Assembly: GCF_038025025.1 (NCBI RefSeq)
Contig: NW_027117341.1
Location: forward strand, 1,364,001-1,428,000
DNA length: 64,000 nucleotides
From: Phyllosticta citribraziliensis
Lineage: Eukaryota
Direction of reading: 5' to 3'
Shown: one piece after another, positions 45,809-59,140 of the stretch
How the letters are laid out: the number at the start of each line of letters is the position of its first letter
Numbering within the stretch: position 1 is the stretch's first letter
Program-made: the position numbers and the translations under genes
The notes under the pieces: generated by a model
The model's input: only the letters and a program-made list of their open reading frames with translations
Told to the model about the DNA's origin: nothing
Database searches by the model: none

Positions 45809-46545
45809 GGGACGGGTTGCGTGGGCAAAAAGGCTTGGGAGACGTGGGGTGAGAAGTAATAATAAAGGCGTTGTTCGGCAGGCGGACCGAGGCGAGATCC
45901 GCAGTCCAGGATGACAATTTCCGAGGGAGTACAATGCGGCCACAGACAGAAAGCGTCAAGGCAGGGCTGTAGGCTGGCAGTCCGAGGTACGGGCGGCAGA
46001 GTTCGGTTGTGTAAACACGGTTGACGTCTGGCGTAGGCGTCTAGAAAACAGAAGTCGGCCAGAAGAGGAAGTGCTAGAACGGCTTGGCGAGATCAGGCAC
46101 CAAATGAAGCCGGGGTTGCGTCAAAAGGTGAAGTGAGGTAGAAGCAAGAAATAATGCTGCGCCAGGCAACGTGGAGTGGTGGTACAGGCAGGGTAGACGG
46201 AAGGAGGGACGATGCAGAGGGCCGACAGGCGGAGACGGGCGGAGTTTAGGCGATGCGATTGAGGCCGGACTGGAGTAGTTGGGGCCTGCAGAGGGACGAG
46301 AAGGCTGCTCGATGACGGAGAGGATGCAAACGAGGTGCGGTCAAAACGGTAGTCGAGGCATTGGACGGGCGGGAGGCGGAGGGAGGGTGGAGCTGGCTAT
46401 TGACGGCGGTGATACATGGCAGGCAGCTGAGCTGGAGTACGGTGAGGTGTAGAGAACGGAAGGACAGTCGGGGCCGGGGCCGGGGTCGGGGTCGGGGCGG
46501 GCGGGCGAGTTTTGAGCAGGCAGCCAAAGAGTGTTTGAAGATGTT

Positions 46546-46578
46546 GTGGTAGTGGTGGTGGTGGTGGTGGTGGTGGTG
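46546..46578. repeat. (GGT)n trinucleotide microsatellite
   Basis: Seen directly. Confidence 0.9.
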
Positions 46579-48072
46579 CCGAGCCAAACGGCGAGCGATG
46601 GACTGACTGGGTGAGGTCCAGGTACGGCGTCAGTGTCGTCGCCAAGAGGGAAGAGGAGAGGGCCCGGCGGCGCGAGGTGATGGACGGTGGACGGATCCGA
46701 TGGATTACCTGACGGCGTGCAGGGGTTGCTGCGAGCCGTGCACGACCTGACCAAGACTGGACTGGACTGGGCTGGACTGGACGGCGACGACGAGGGCAGA
46801 GGTGAGGTTAGGATGGTGATAACGGCGACGACGACGACAAGACTTCGACCGAGCTGTTCCTTGCCCCGTCCCTCATGCGGCTCTCGCTGCCCTGGCCTGG
46901 CTTCCGTTCTCCGCTCTCGCCCAGTCCAGTCCAGGTACACTCAAGACCTCTCTTTCGGCCCGAAGCGGAAGACGGGGAATACCTCAACTTTCCTCGCGTT
47001 TCCCCCAAATGCCCCAAAACGCCCGTCGTCGAGCCTCGCAGCCTTATCCTGTTTGGAAGAATCCCGTCTCACCACCATCCAGAGACATCCGGACACGATC
47101 ATCATGGACAAGGAAGCCTTACCGCCTCCCGCCCAGAGCTGTCCGGGTACCCTGCAACCAATCAAACACGCCGCCTTGGCTCCCTTCCCTGAGCTCAGCT
47201 CTTGTCCTGTCCAACTCCAAGTCCACCTCACGTCCACCTCATGTCCACGTCCACCGCCACACACCGCACCCCGTTCCTGCCTAAGCGATGCTACACAAGA
47301 AGAAGACGGTTCGACTGCGACTGCGACACCTCCGCTGCATGCCATGCCACCCGGACCACGGCTTGCCGCTGCCGCGCGCTACCCTACCCTACCCTACCTA
47401 CTAGTCTCTCTGCCCTGCGATTAGAAATCGTCCTCGCTCCCGGGCTCCGACCAAGACCGTCCGTCGATGCCACCACCTCTTCCCACTGACGTGCTCATGC
47501 ATCCAGCTACATGTATGATGTATCCCACCTGGAATGCGGCCTCTCCGGGGCCCCGACGACGACGACGACTAACACACACCAAAAGGACCATGCGTTGCCA
47601 GAGAACGGCTGATGTCGGAGTCGCCGGACATTTTCTCAACCGGAGCCGCAGCAGCAGCAGCAGCAGTAGTCTCCTTGTTGTACCAACGGCCTTGACTCAC
47701 CCAGAAACGTCCGTCCGCGCCAAACACGACACGCGATCAGCTACCCAGCACCGAGCCAGTAGTACCCAGAGATGTATGTGTACGTACGTACGTCAGTGTC
47801 CCTCCAGCCATGTGTGTGTGTGTGACAGAAGCGGGGTCCGCAGCAGAAGCAGCAGCAGCAGCGAAGCAGGTGAGATGGACAGACAGCATGCGAGCGGGCC
47901 GTGATTGGAGCAATCGCTTCGATACAGCTCCAGCATTGTGATCCTCACGGCGCCAGCAACCACTCTGACGGCCACGGCAAGTGGTCAGGTCGCTTAAGAT
48001 AGCAGCGGCAGCTTTGCGGCCCGTCGTATGAAGCTGGTGATGGTGGGGTTGACGGCATACACGCACCGTACG

Positions 48073-48099
48073 TACATACATACATACATACATACATAC
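48073..48099. repeat. (TACA)n tetranucleotide microsatellite
   Basis: Seen directly. Confidence 0.9.
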
Positions 48100-50659
48100 G
48101 TAAATACATTCATTGTACACACACGCGTCGTCGTCCGTCGTTCGTTCCTGCAAGAGCCGTGTCACGGTGACACGGCAACGCCCGGCACACACCCACACCA
48201 CACACCCACCAGCCAGCCAGTAGTCCTCCCACACTCCACTCCACTCCACACACAGATCTTTATCGAAAAAAAAGGGGGGGCCCAACGCCACGCTTGCTTT
48301 CGATCGAGGACGGGAGGAAGGATCAAAGTGGAGCACAAGGGCTCCGTGCCCCCTGGTCTGGTCTGACATGTCGGCCCCCAAAAGATGCCACGCCGCCGCC
48401 TCCTCTTCCACCCACTGCTCAACAACATTGATCAGTATCGCTGCGTACGTACGTACGTAAGGAAGGGCGGGCGGGCGGGCGTACCGAATAATGGCAGAGA
48501 GGGAAAGAGGCGGGTGGACAGAAACGTGCGATTTCTGGAGCAGCGTGTGAACGACGCAACGAAAACCCCCCTAAAGACCAGGGCAAGATCGAAAACGAAG
48601 TAGAAAAAGCAAAAGGAAAATTGAACGACGCGAAAAAGCAATCATCCAATGGAGATCACCAGTTCAGTATCAGTAATCACACACATTGCCTCTATCTGGA
48701 CATGTCACTATGCTAACACGAACGTTTGTACCTGGGACGTTCGCCCACCACGACCGCCATTCCCTTGCTGTTTTCCATGTAGACTATCGAGTATACCATT
48801 TTGTCGCCTCCCGCCTTGAGCTTCACCTCTCTGCAGTCGCCCACCATACCCCACCGCCATCGCAACCTCCGCATCCCATCCTGTCTTGCCCCGTCTTCCT
48901 CCCGCCATCATTGTCGGCGCCTCCGACGCTTTGTCGTTCCACGGCCGGAGAGCGAGAGGGAGAGATTGTGTGCGTGGCGCAAAGGAAGAAGAAGAGAAGG
49001 TACGCGGACACGTGGCTGCGTGGTGCGATGGGTATTCTCGTCTCGTGTCGTGTCGTTTGCTCGGTAGGCAGGTAGCTCTGTGGAAGTCGAATCGTAGCAG
49101 GCATGGCGCGGCGCGGCGCGTCTGAGGCTGTCGAGACAGGCGAGCGGCATGCGCTCGGTGTGCTCGTAGGGGGGACGTTAGACAGGTGCAGGCTACCGGT
49201 AGGTACAGTAGTGATGCTAGGGACAACAAATGGAATGACAAAATGAAGGACGTAGGCGGGCGATGGGGGACGTGTGGTCTCGTCTTGTGTTGGACGGATA
49301 GACAGACAGAGACAAAAAAAAAAAAAAAAGCTTACGTGCTCGGCGAGTGAGTGAGTGAGAGAGTGGTGACGGCATCACCTACAAAGTATGAATCATCTTG
49401 ACTACTGCCGTCGGGCCGGGCGGCCGGCAGGCAGGAAGGAACCTACCTAGGTAGGTACCTCAGGCAGGCCCGTATTCCATTACCGCCAGTCAGCCAGTCA
49501 TCCACAGCGAGATGAGCTCCAGCCAAAGAATACGCGGTCGGGTGTGTGCAGAGTGAGGCAGTAAAGGTCGGAGTGGCGCACTGTGTACACGAATGAGCCG
49601 TTCTGCCATGACCGACGACAACGGCAAGAGGGCGGACCGAAGGAGAGTAAGAGTGATTCATCTTGACTTAGGATGTGCTTGCTTTTGCGCGTGTTTACTC
49701 ACCCGGCGCCGTGCATCTGTGTGTGCTCTTTTGATGTAGAGTAGAAGGCAAGGCCAGAAGAATCTGTACATAAAAGACCAAATCAACCTCTAGATATGTT
49801 GCTTGCACCTCATGAACAACAGCAATCCCATCAATATCGTGTGCATCTCTCTCACCACCACCATGCCGTGCCCATTATCACCAGGTCAGTACACCCCCAC
49901 CTCTCCACCACCACTATAGCAGCCATGACGAAAACCCAACACCATATCAAGCTGCGTCGTCCAGGCGGCAGGGCAGGGCAGCGCGGAACAAACAAACAAC
50001 GCTCACATCCTTCTCCCGTCGTGTTCTGCTCTGTCACTGGCGCGCAGCTCGTGACTAGTGGCGCTATGCTACGTACCGACATCGCCTGAGCACTGCTTTT
50101 CGCACTTTCTACTTCTCCCCTGTTTGAAAGGATGGGGCTGTGAGCTGACTTGACGATTGTCTGTGTAGACTGGTAGAGTGGTGGAGTGCGGTAGGGATCG
50201 TTTGTGGGGTGGAGGGGCCAGAGTTGATGGGAAGAGAAGGAAGAAGAGCGGAGAGGAAGGCTGGAGGATGCAGTTGGATTGTGGTGCATGATGATTGGGG
50301 AGTGGAGAGAGCGGGGAGGTTTGCAAAGGAAGGATGCAAGGAAGGAAGAAGGGAGGGATATACGGATTAGAAGTATTCAGGTTCTCTATTGCTGTAGGCA
50401 CGCACGCGGCGCATTCGAGGCTTCTAGACCACCCTGCGCCGACAGGAAGCATGGACACGAAGCAGCATCCAGCTACGCTAAACATACAAAGCAAGAGAAA
50501 AGAAGCAATCGACCAGTAGTCGTGAGTACGTGCGCCGGCCACTTTTCAAGCCAGGCCGTCAGGGCGCAAGGTAAAGCGTGGCTAACATGAAAAGCCCAAA
50601 AGGAAAGAAGAAGAAAAAAAAAAAGAGAAAGAGAAGCAAAGGAAACAGACAGCGCGCAT

Positions 50660-51694
50660 TCAACCCTCCCTCGCCTTCTTCAACCCCTCCATCTCGCCCT
50701 CCATGCGCGCCATGCGCACGCGCAACTCGTCGCGCTCCGCCGTCATGGCCGCCAGCGCCTGCTCAAGCGTCTCGATGCGATCGACCTTCTTCTGCCGGCA
50801 CTTGCGCGCCGCCAGCGAGTTCCGCTTGCGCTTGTCGATGAGCGAGGCAGGGGGAGGCGAGGCAGAAACGTCGCGAGGGCGTTTTTGAGTGGTCATGGGT
50901 TGCTTGGTAGTAGCAGAGAAGGATGATGATGTCGAAGTGTTGTTGGGTGCGACGGGGGGAGTGTGGGATTCTTGAGATTGCGAGAAGGAGTAGGTGGTCG
51001 TGGCAGGGGAGAATGACACAAGCGGCGCCGTGGGAGTGGTGATGCTGGGAGGAGCAGCGGTCGAGAGCGCCGCCGTCGACGCAGGAGTCGATTCGGCCGT
51101 CGTTCCCGCCGTCGTACAGATTGCGGCACCACCAAAGTCGACGCCCAGGTCGTCAAAGGACAGGCCGGGGTCCAGGGCAAGGCTTTGAATCGTCTGCTGG
51201 CTGCTGCTGCTGCCGTCGCCGGCGCCAAGGTCGAATTCGGAAATAGAAAGTGTGGGGTTCCCGAGTCCCAGGTCGCTGCCTGAGGAGCTAGTGCTCGGGG
51301 TTTGAGCAAAGGGCGAGTTTAGGTGGATGTAGTCGAAGAGACCGAAGTCGGAGGGTTGTTGCGTAGAGGGGCCCTGGACAGATGATGTCGCGGGCAAGTC
51401 GATGTCGTTATGCGCAAGGTGGTTGTCGAGGAAAGATGCATTGAGGTCGGATATAGAGAAGTCAAGGTAGCTGGCCGCAAATCCGTCTCCGAGGTCGAAT
51501 GAAGCAGCGGGGCCCGGGCCGGCAGAAGCCGTGGATTGTCGGAGGTGGTGATTATGGTGGTTGGAAGAAGGCGGTGAATTGGTGCGGCTGGTACCAGACG
51601 GCTCGGATGTTGAGAGAGATACCCATGTTTCTAACCAGTTCTCGTCGGTTCTTGGTAGAGGAATTGGGTGTGGGAAACAGGCCTCTCGCAACAG
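50660..51694 (-). CDS. bZIP transcription factor, JlbA/IDI-4-like; start codon unresolved
   Basis: C-terminal bZIP KRKRNSLAARKCRQKKVDRIETLEQAL...ERDELRVRMARMEGE, preceded by an acidic/Phe-rich activation-like region; no in-frame ATG until 50896. Confidence 0.8.
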   Translation of the reverse strand: MLREACFPHPIPLPRTDENWLETWVSLSTSEPSGTSRTNSPPSSNHHNHHLRQSTASAGPGPAASFDLGDGFAASYLDFSISDLNASFLDNHLAHNDIDLPATSSVQGPSTQQPSDFGLFDYIHLNSPFAQTPSTSSSGSDLGLGNPTLSISEFDLGAGDGSSSSQQTIQSLALDPGLSFDDLGVDFGGAAICTTAGTTAESTPASTAALSTAAPPSITTPTAPLVSFSPATTTYSFSQSQESHTPPVAPNNTSTSSSFSATTKQPMTTQKRPRDVSASPPPASLIDKRKRNSLAARKCRQKKVDRIETLEQALAAMTAERDELRVRMARMEGEMEGLKKAREG

Positions 51695-52650
51695 AGGCCT
51701 TCAAGAGGCAAGGTGTGGTAAGGGGAAAGGAGCCTTGGGGAGCGTGTCAGGCTTGTGTACGAACGAGGAACGACGGACAGTTCCTTTATGTACGCCTGGG
51801 CCATGTCAGCCGGTGGTCCGAGCGCGATGAATGAACTATGATTCATCGCTGGAACGGGAATAGCGCTGCATATCGTGGGCCGTGGCTGGCGCCAAAGTCG
51901 GGTCGGGGCATTCCTTCCAACCAACACAAGCAATGGGAAACTATGTAGCAGGATTCACGCGAGCCATGAAGACAGAGAGTTAGGAGCATTTCGATACAGG
52001 CCGCTTCAAGCTCGAACCGCCGACCTGGTGCTTGGACTTCGAGCGCGGGGAACAGGGAGCATCCACCCCACTCCAGGGCACGCACAAGAAGCAGTCAGCC
52101 ACTCTGAGCCCTAACAAGAGCGGATGAGAAGCACTCAGCTTTCCGAACTGGACCAAGACAGGAAGCATTCAACGACAGAGCGTGCCAAATCGTGGTAGAG
52201 GGCTTAGGTTGTGCCTCAATCCCGCTCGGGCGTCTTGCACGCTCGCTGGCGGTCTGCACCTCACATCTTACTCGGGTTGGACAAAGAGGGCAAGCACAAA
52301 GGCTCCCCGGATACATGTACCTCGATCAACTGCGGCAAACTTTTCGTTTTCCCTCCAACCGGGCCCGTAGTGGCCGTCGTGTGAACGGAATCCCGCACCA
52401 AACACATCCCAAATAACTCCCCGCTCAAAAATGCAATCCATCTTTGTCGACGACACCCTCCCGCGCTGCGCTGGCGGCTGGAGCCCTATCGAAACCTACC
52501 TATCAACAGCGCAATTCTCAAAATGCTTTCCCTCCGCCCGGCCCATGAGCCGCAAGAAGCGAATATAGAAATGCTAAGCATGAATCAATCCTTCTAACCC
52601 TGCCCCAAATCACAATTGACCCCCATGGTCACCTCTCGAGAATTTCACCT

Positions 52651-55600
52651 TTATCCTGTGAAGCGGAACCTGGTCGCCTCCAAACGACCCAGTCCCTCTC
52701 GCGGCGCCACGTTGCGCCGACGATAAGACGTCGTAAAGTCTTGGAGGAGCGTCCTGATCCTGCGCGTCTCGTTGGACTGAATGCGCCTGTTCAAATGTCA
52801 GCAACGCACCGTAACTCTCACAGTGGGCAATCTTACTGTTGAATATTGTTCATCAGCCGCTCCGCTTCCTGCGAACTGATCGACCCCGCAGGGAGCATGC
52901 CAATCGTCGTCTTGACCCATCCGGCAACCTCAACCGGCATCAGAGCAAACATTTCGAGAAGCACCCCCGAAGCATCCGGTACGCAGTCGCGAGGAAATGT
53001 GTACATCATGCCAGTCATTATGCGCTGCGTTAGCTGTTCGCCCTGGCCCGAGACCAACTGCTTGACCGCCGCTTGCATCTCGGGCGGGTTGGCATGCGGT
53101 ACGTCGCCATACTCGGATACTGGCGGGTTGTCGCTGCCCCATCCCAGAAAGTCGCGGAGGAAGTGAAGCGTCGCCATCAATGGCTCTTCCTTGAGGAGGG
53201 TGAGCGCAGTCGACGCAGCCGCGAGAACAGAGGGCGTCAATGGCGAAGCAATCGTCTGTTCGGGGAAGTAGAGAAGCGCGTCTATCGCAAGGCGATAGAA
53301 ATCTTCAATGACTACAAAGTGTCAATTTCTGCTTTGAGGCATATCTGGGAGTCCTTACCGTCTGGAAGCTGCTCGGGAGGCAAGTCGTTGAGAGCTCTTA
53401 AAAAGGTAGTGGCTTGCGCCGAGTAAAAGTTGAAGACTGCGTTTACCGTTTGCGCGTCGACCCCCTCGGTTCCAGGCGCGAATTCTCGGATGATGGAAGA
53501 AGTTGCCCACAAAAAGCATCCTTGCCTCGAAGCATTGAAGCCCGCAGCAAGCTTGTCAGCGAGCTGAGGGAGCAGAGGGGTCATGGATATGCGGTACGAC
53601 AGCACCATGTAGCGCCAGCAGCGGCAGACCCGCTCGATGATGGGCGTGTGTGACGAAAAGTTGTCGGCAATAGTCGCGAGCACCGGGAATATTTCTTCGC
53701 AATACTTGACGGCCGGGTTGGGTTGTCCCAGTGGTACATAGGGCACGACCCACTGGATGAAGATGGTGATGATTTGCAGCTTGTCTGAACTCGATTAGTC
53801 AATTCGATCGGCAGCAACATGGGAACAGACTTACCAGCAACGGCAAGCTTGGACTTGTCATCAACCGCGTTTTGGGCCAGGTGCATGATGGTCTTGATGA
53901 CCGGATCACAGTAGAGCTTCAGGTTTTCGTACGCAGTCTCCGGAGGTTGCTCAGCGAGCACGGATGCAACTCCATCTGTGAGTTCATCCTGGCTGTTTGT
54001 TGGAAGACCATCAAGGACGCTGGTGTAGAACTGCTGCAGCTGCGGTATGTAGTCCTTGAGCAGACGGGAGCAGTCGTTGCAGAAGAATTTGAAAGAGAGC
54101 GCCGCGGCGCGGACGACCTCCTTCGAGGGGTGGTGGAAGGCTGCCATGATGTAGTCCAGCTGCGGCTGCAGCGTCTCTGGGTGCTCTGCTGTCCAAGAGG
54201 TGTAGCGACCGAGGGTCATGACGGCTTGGAAGCGGACCTTTTCTTGGTCCGGAATCTGTACGATGAGCGGCATCAGACGAGGAAGCATTATGTTCTCGTC
54301 CTGCGGCACCATGCGGCCCATTGCTCGCATACTAAAGAGCGGGGCCTCGAGTTGCTGCCACTCCGGCACGTGGCCTGCGGACGCCTGAGGACCGTACTTG
54401 CTCACCCATTGCTGAATGAGCTCGTACGACTTGGACAAGCAGTCGGTGACGCCAATGACCTCACAGCAGTCCTTTAAGACGTCGCCCATCTGGTGCCTGA
54501 ATTCCCGGAATTTTTCTTCTTGCTCGCGGTCGCCTTCAAACAAGTCCTTCTCATTGCCCGATTCCGGCTTGGGATACTCCAAATGTCCAACCATGATGTC
54601 GACCAATTTGGAAAAGACGTCCACAAACTGTAACCTGGCCTGCATGTACTTCTCCAGTACGAGGTACTGCTTGAGCTCGTACCAAAAGTTGAAGGTGTGG
54701 CGGATGGCGTCTCTGTCCTTGTCGCGCGCGCAGCTTTCGAGGACGGCCTCGACCAATCCGCGGAATCGATCTGGCATCCTTGCGATGAGAACGACCCATG
54801 CTTCTCCTGATTCCGCAAAAATGCGAGAAATGCCTTTGAATACCTCGGCGTCCTCTTCCTCAGCCGCCTGCGCAATTTTCGGGCGTAGCTCCAAGATTTT
54901 CGGGTAAAGAGTCGAGATAATGTTGAGGCATTCGTCCACGTCTCTCGTCTCCCTGACGATTGCACAGATGCAGTCCACGGCGGCCTCGAACGGTTCGTCC
55001 ACCGACAGCCCGTTCAATATGACGTCCAGCAGCGAGGAGTTAACAATATCGTTGATAGGGACCTCGCGCGCCCAAGACTGGATGCATTCCATGAGCTGGG
55101 GGTTGTTTGCCGCGGCCGCTGGAAATTGTCAGCCCAAATTTCAATCTTTTCCAGAGTATACGCACCAGAGGAGCGCGAGTATTGCGTGAGCAAGACCATG
55201 ACTTGCTCCGCATTATCCTCCAGCAGCTCCTTCGTCCTGTCGGTCAATTCATCTTCCTAGTGCAGACAGACGGATTAGATTTTGATTGCGGCCCGATGAA
55301 TCGCTGGGAGGCGCTGCGAGGATGGTGGTGGTTCGGCCGAACGTACAGTCAAGTTTATCTTTCGTCCTTCGGTGACTTCTTCCGGGAGGACGCGCAGAAA
55401 GTCCAGGACACAGGGGATGCTCTCAGCATCGTTGCCAAGCGTGCTGACGACCATGGGTAAGACGTCCTTCCACTCCGTCATTTGTATCGCCAGGTTTGCA
55501 AGGCACACGCAAAGCTGCATTCTTATGGGTTTGGGGCCAGCACGGAAAGCGGCAAGGACACCGAGAAGCGTCTCCCGTAGCGATGGAAGGCTCTCGCGCG

Positions 55601-55958
55601 GCAGCTGGTGAAGGTCATAGACAATCTACAATATTTTGGTCAGCCCTTGCTGCAGTATGCGACACGGTGGAGCTCACTTTTCCTTTGAGCGTAGTTGCGG
55701 CAAAGAGCTTGGCTTCGACAGGCGCATCGCTGGACTGGAGTATGCCAAAGTTGGTCGCCCATGCTTGATCCTGCACATGAAAGTTTCAGTGGGCGCGTCA
55801 TGGTAGCAGACGACGTCTTTACTAACCGACTTCTGGAACTGCTCCAAGAACTCGTGTGCCTGAGTCTTGTGCGAGCGGTCGGCGGTTGATTGCATCGTGG
55901 CCAGAGCTGCAAGGACAGGCGCAAAGGCCTGCTGGGCCGCCGCACCGTTCGCAGCCAT
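52651..55958 (-). CDS. MTR10: Karyopherin Mtr10/transportin-SR (importin-beta family), ~8 exons
   Basis: FAPVLAALATMQS...AHEFLEQFQKS, FREFRHQMGDVLKDCC, QLEAPLFSMRAMG, and final exon DFTTSYRRRNVAPREGLGRLEATRFRFTG*; about seven canonical introns. Confidence 0.93.
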
Positions 55959-56418
55959 TGTCAAAGTAGCGGAGGAGAGGTCGTCAAGGGAGAGCAGCGG
56001 GCGTGAGAGCTTGGTCTAGAGGTGGGGCGGCGTTGAGGGGTATCGTGAGGTGAGTCGCATAGGCAGCGCAGAGGCCGGAGCTTGGAATCGGGACGGCAGC
56101 GGCGATGAATGGGCTTGTCAACGTCTTGCGCCCAGATTCTGCGCGAGATGGACGAGGTTTGAGTGGGGAGGAGTGTGGTTGCTCTTGGAAGGTCCCAAAA
56201 ATTCCATGCCGCCGTCATCCCGCGCCTGCTGCTGTCCGAGAGCCTCCACCGTCTTGGCCCGCTTGGCGCGCCGCTCCCCAAACTTCACGCCCGCCAGTGC
56301 TGAGCTCTCCATCACCGACACCTCCCCACCCGCGCGCCCACTCACCACCGAAGCTCTCTCGCCTACCACGGTCTCGACCGCAAACCTCTAGCCGTCCCAT
56401 CTCGCCCACACCAACATC

Positions 56419-56807
56419 ATGGCCGGCCGCGGTGGAGGAAACAGGAACAAGGTGCTGCTGCCGCCCATCAACTTCATCTTCAAGCAGCTGCAGACGCGGT
56501 CGACCGTCCAGGTCTGGCTCTACGAGCAGCTCGAGACCCGCATCGAAGGCAAGATCAGGGTACGCTCCTCTCCCCTCAAACTGCGCGCAGCAACCGCTAA
56601 CAATATTCAGGGATTTGACGAGTTCATGAACTTGGTCATTGACGACGCTGTCGAGGTGAAGCTCGCGACCAAGACCAAGGAAGAATCCAGGCGCAATCTA
56701 GGTTCGTCCAAGTACTTCATCCTCAATGAATCCCACAGCTGATTGGTTCAGGACAAATTCTACTCAAGGGCGACAACGTTTCTCTAATCCAAAGCCTGAA
56801 TGGATGA
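56419..56807 (+). CDS. SME1: Small nuclear ribonucleoprotein SmE, 3 exons
   Basis: PPINFIFK...VWLYEQ...[22 protein letters not shown]...[15 protein letters not shown]; introns 56560-56610 and 56702-56751. Confidence 0.95.
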
Positions 56808-56946
56808 AAAAGCACGGGGTACGATGTCGAGGCGAACAACCAGAACGAGATCAAAGCCGCGTCCGACTGTCGGCGACATGTTATAGGCACTGGCGCACAT
56901 GGGAAAATGCATATGGTTGTAAAGGGCACCTTTGATTCTACAAGAA

Positions 56947-57799
56947 CTATGACGGCGCATGGGATCGGGGCTGGTTGGATCGAAGAACCCGCCCGGCGCC
57001 GGTGATTAGGGCGTCAAGGCGCCAGTCGGTCGAATCCATAGGTACGGATTGATCTGGTGGGAGCATTTGCTCTGCTAATGCAAGGCCGACTAATTGCGAT
57101 ACGTTAGCCTCGAGCTCCTCTCCGCTCAGCTTGACCACGTACCAAGAAAGGGCATTGGTTTTCCATTCTGCGTGCTTTGCTGGGCGCACCTATCAAAGAA
57201 GAAATCGTAGAAGCCTTTGCCGTGTCCCAATCTGCCAAATTCCGAATCAAAGACCATGCCTGGAACAACGATGAGATCCAGACCGGTCTCGGCTTCATCT
57301 GTGGGAGTCACGATGGCCTCGGAGCGGCCTCTACCTCCAAACGAGTTCTCCCGGGCGGCTATGGAATCAGTGCTTGGTGTGGGGATGCCCCATTTGTCGG
57401 ACTGGAACGAATCGTAGTCGTTTGTGGAGAAGAGCTCGACCATGTCCATGATTGACTTGGGTCTCAGCTCTGTGTTGAGAGTCCTCTCGTACGTGTAGGG
57501 CACAAAGACTTTTTTGCCGCTGGCGAGCGCATCGTGCACGATTCCGGCCGTTGATATTTCTCCAGCCGGCATGGACAGATAGATGCTCACCCGGCGCGCA
57601 GCTTGGTACTCGGGCAGAGAGAAGAGCGCTCGGGCCGCGATCAATGCTGCACGTGACGTCAGCGAGCCTACCTGGGGAAAAGCCCATTGAAGGAGGCCAG
57701 ACTCTGAGTGGTGGCCGAGCTGATGGACAGAGTGGACAAAATCTGTCGGACGTGTCTGCGCAGCTCTCTCTTCGCGACGGGCAGGGGTAGAGAGGCCAT
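56947..57799 (-). CDS. FAU1: 5-formyltetrahydrofolate cyclo-ligase, 3 exons
   Basis: AKRELRR, IYLSMPAGEIST, WGIP and LDLIVVPGMVFD...RLGHGKGFYD; introns 57647-57702 and 57090-57142. Confidence 0.92.
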
Positions 57800-58207
57800 G
57801 GTGTTGCTGGGCCTACGAGAGAACAGCGATGGAACCCTGTCAGCCCGAAAGCCAAAATAAATCAAGGTTGAGCAGCGGGAGGAGCACTCGGAGGCTGCAG
57901 ACGCGCCGTTGCGGTTCCTGGTGACGTTGAACGGTTGCTCCAAACGGTGCGTGCTTGTAGCACTCGCTGGCGGGTGTGGCGTGGATCCGGGGAAAGACGC
58001 GGTGGTGGTGTAGTAAAAATAAAAAAGATGCGGGCGGTGACGGCCTTGGGTTGGCTGGTGTGTGGTCCGCGCGGCCGGCCGCGCTGGGTGACAGGCGCGC
58101 TCTCCTTCGTGCTTTAACCTCTCCTCCACCACCCTGCGCTGCCCGGAAGAGCCTCAACCTCCAGCCCGTCTGCCGAGTCATTCGTTAACTTTCGCCCGGC
58201 TGCCATC

Positions 58208-59140
58208 ATGCTTGTCAACGCTGCCCTCTTCTTCTTCGCCGCATCGGCCGCCGTCGTGGCCGCCGCCGACCTCGACTCCGCCCTCGTTGGCACCTGGTCC
58301 TCCAAGTCCAACAAGACGCTCACCGGACCGGTACGTTTCCCAGCATGTCAACTCTCGCGGCGATTCCCAGTCCTGCCTCAATATTTGTCAACTGACACGT
58401 CTACGCCACAGGGCTTTTACAACCCTGTCAAGGACACCATCATTGAGCCCGCTCTCCCCGGCATTTCCTACTCCTTCACCTCCGATGGACACTTTGAATC
58501 CGCTCTCTACCGCGCCGTCGCGAACCGTAAGCCTCAGTGAACGCAGAGACCATCTACTCCCGCTAACTATGCTCAGCCGGGGACCCAAATTGTCCGAAGG
58601 GCATAATACAGTGGCAGCACGGCAGCTACGCGATCGAGGACAGTAAAGTAGTCCTCACACCCATCAAGGTCGACGGCCGCCAACTCTACTCGGACCCGTG
58701 CAATGAAAACTCTGGCGTCTACACGCGCTACAACCAAACCACTACATTCAAGGTGTGTACCAGCCGATCGGCGGCCGCCCAAAAGTGGGACGGTGGAATA
58801 AAATGAGGCTGACTCTGCGCCACAGAAATACGAAGTAGTGACCGACAAGTACCACAACATCAAGCGTCTCAATCTCTGGGAATGGGACGGCACTCCAGTC
58901 ATACCTCTTTACCTGGCATACACGCCCCCTCAGATGCTCCCGACTACCACCCTCAACCCGACCGGTGCCACCGCTAGCTCCACCAGCAGCTCCAAGGTCA
59001 AGCGCGCCGACGAAGCTTACGGCCCCATTGTCCGCAGGATGCTTGGACAGCCCGCCGTAGAGCACGTCGACGCCGACCGTTTCTGGTGGCTCGGGTTGGG
59101 CGCGACTGCCATCGGGTCCGTCCTGTACTTTTGCTTCTAA
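58208..59140 (+). CDS. ROT1: ER membrane chaperone Rot1, 4 exons
   Basis: Signal peptide, LVGTWSSKS, TGP|GFYNP...EPALPGISYSFT, CPKGIIQWQHG, VDGRQL and PPQMLPT, with a C-terminal TM; introns 58331-58411, 58527-58576 and 58753-58825. Confidence 0.93.

Noticed and set aside
46246..46587. Poly-His ORF
   Set aside because: It is the translation of a (GGT)n microsatellite; there is no other coding evidence
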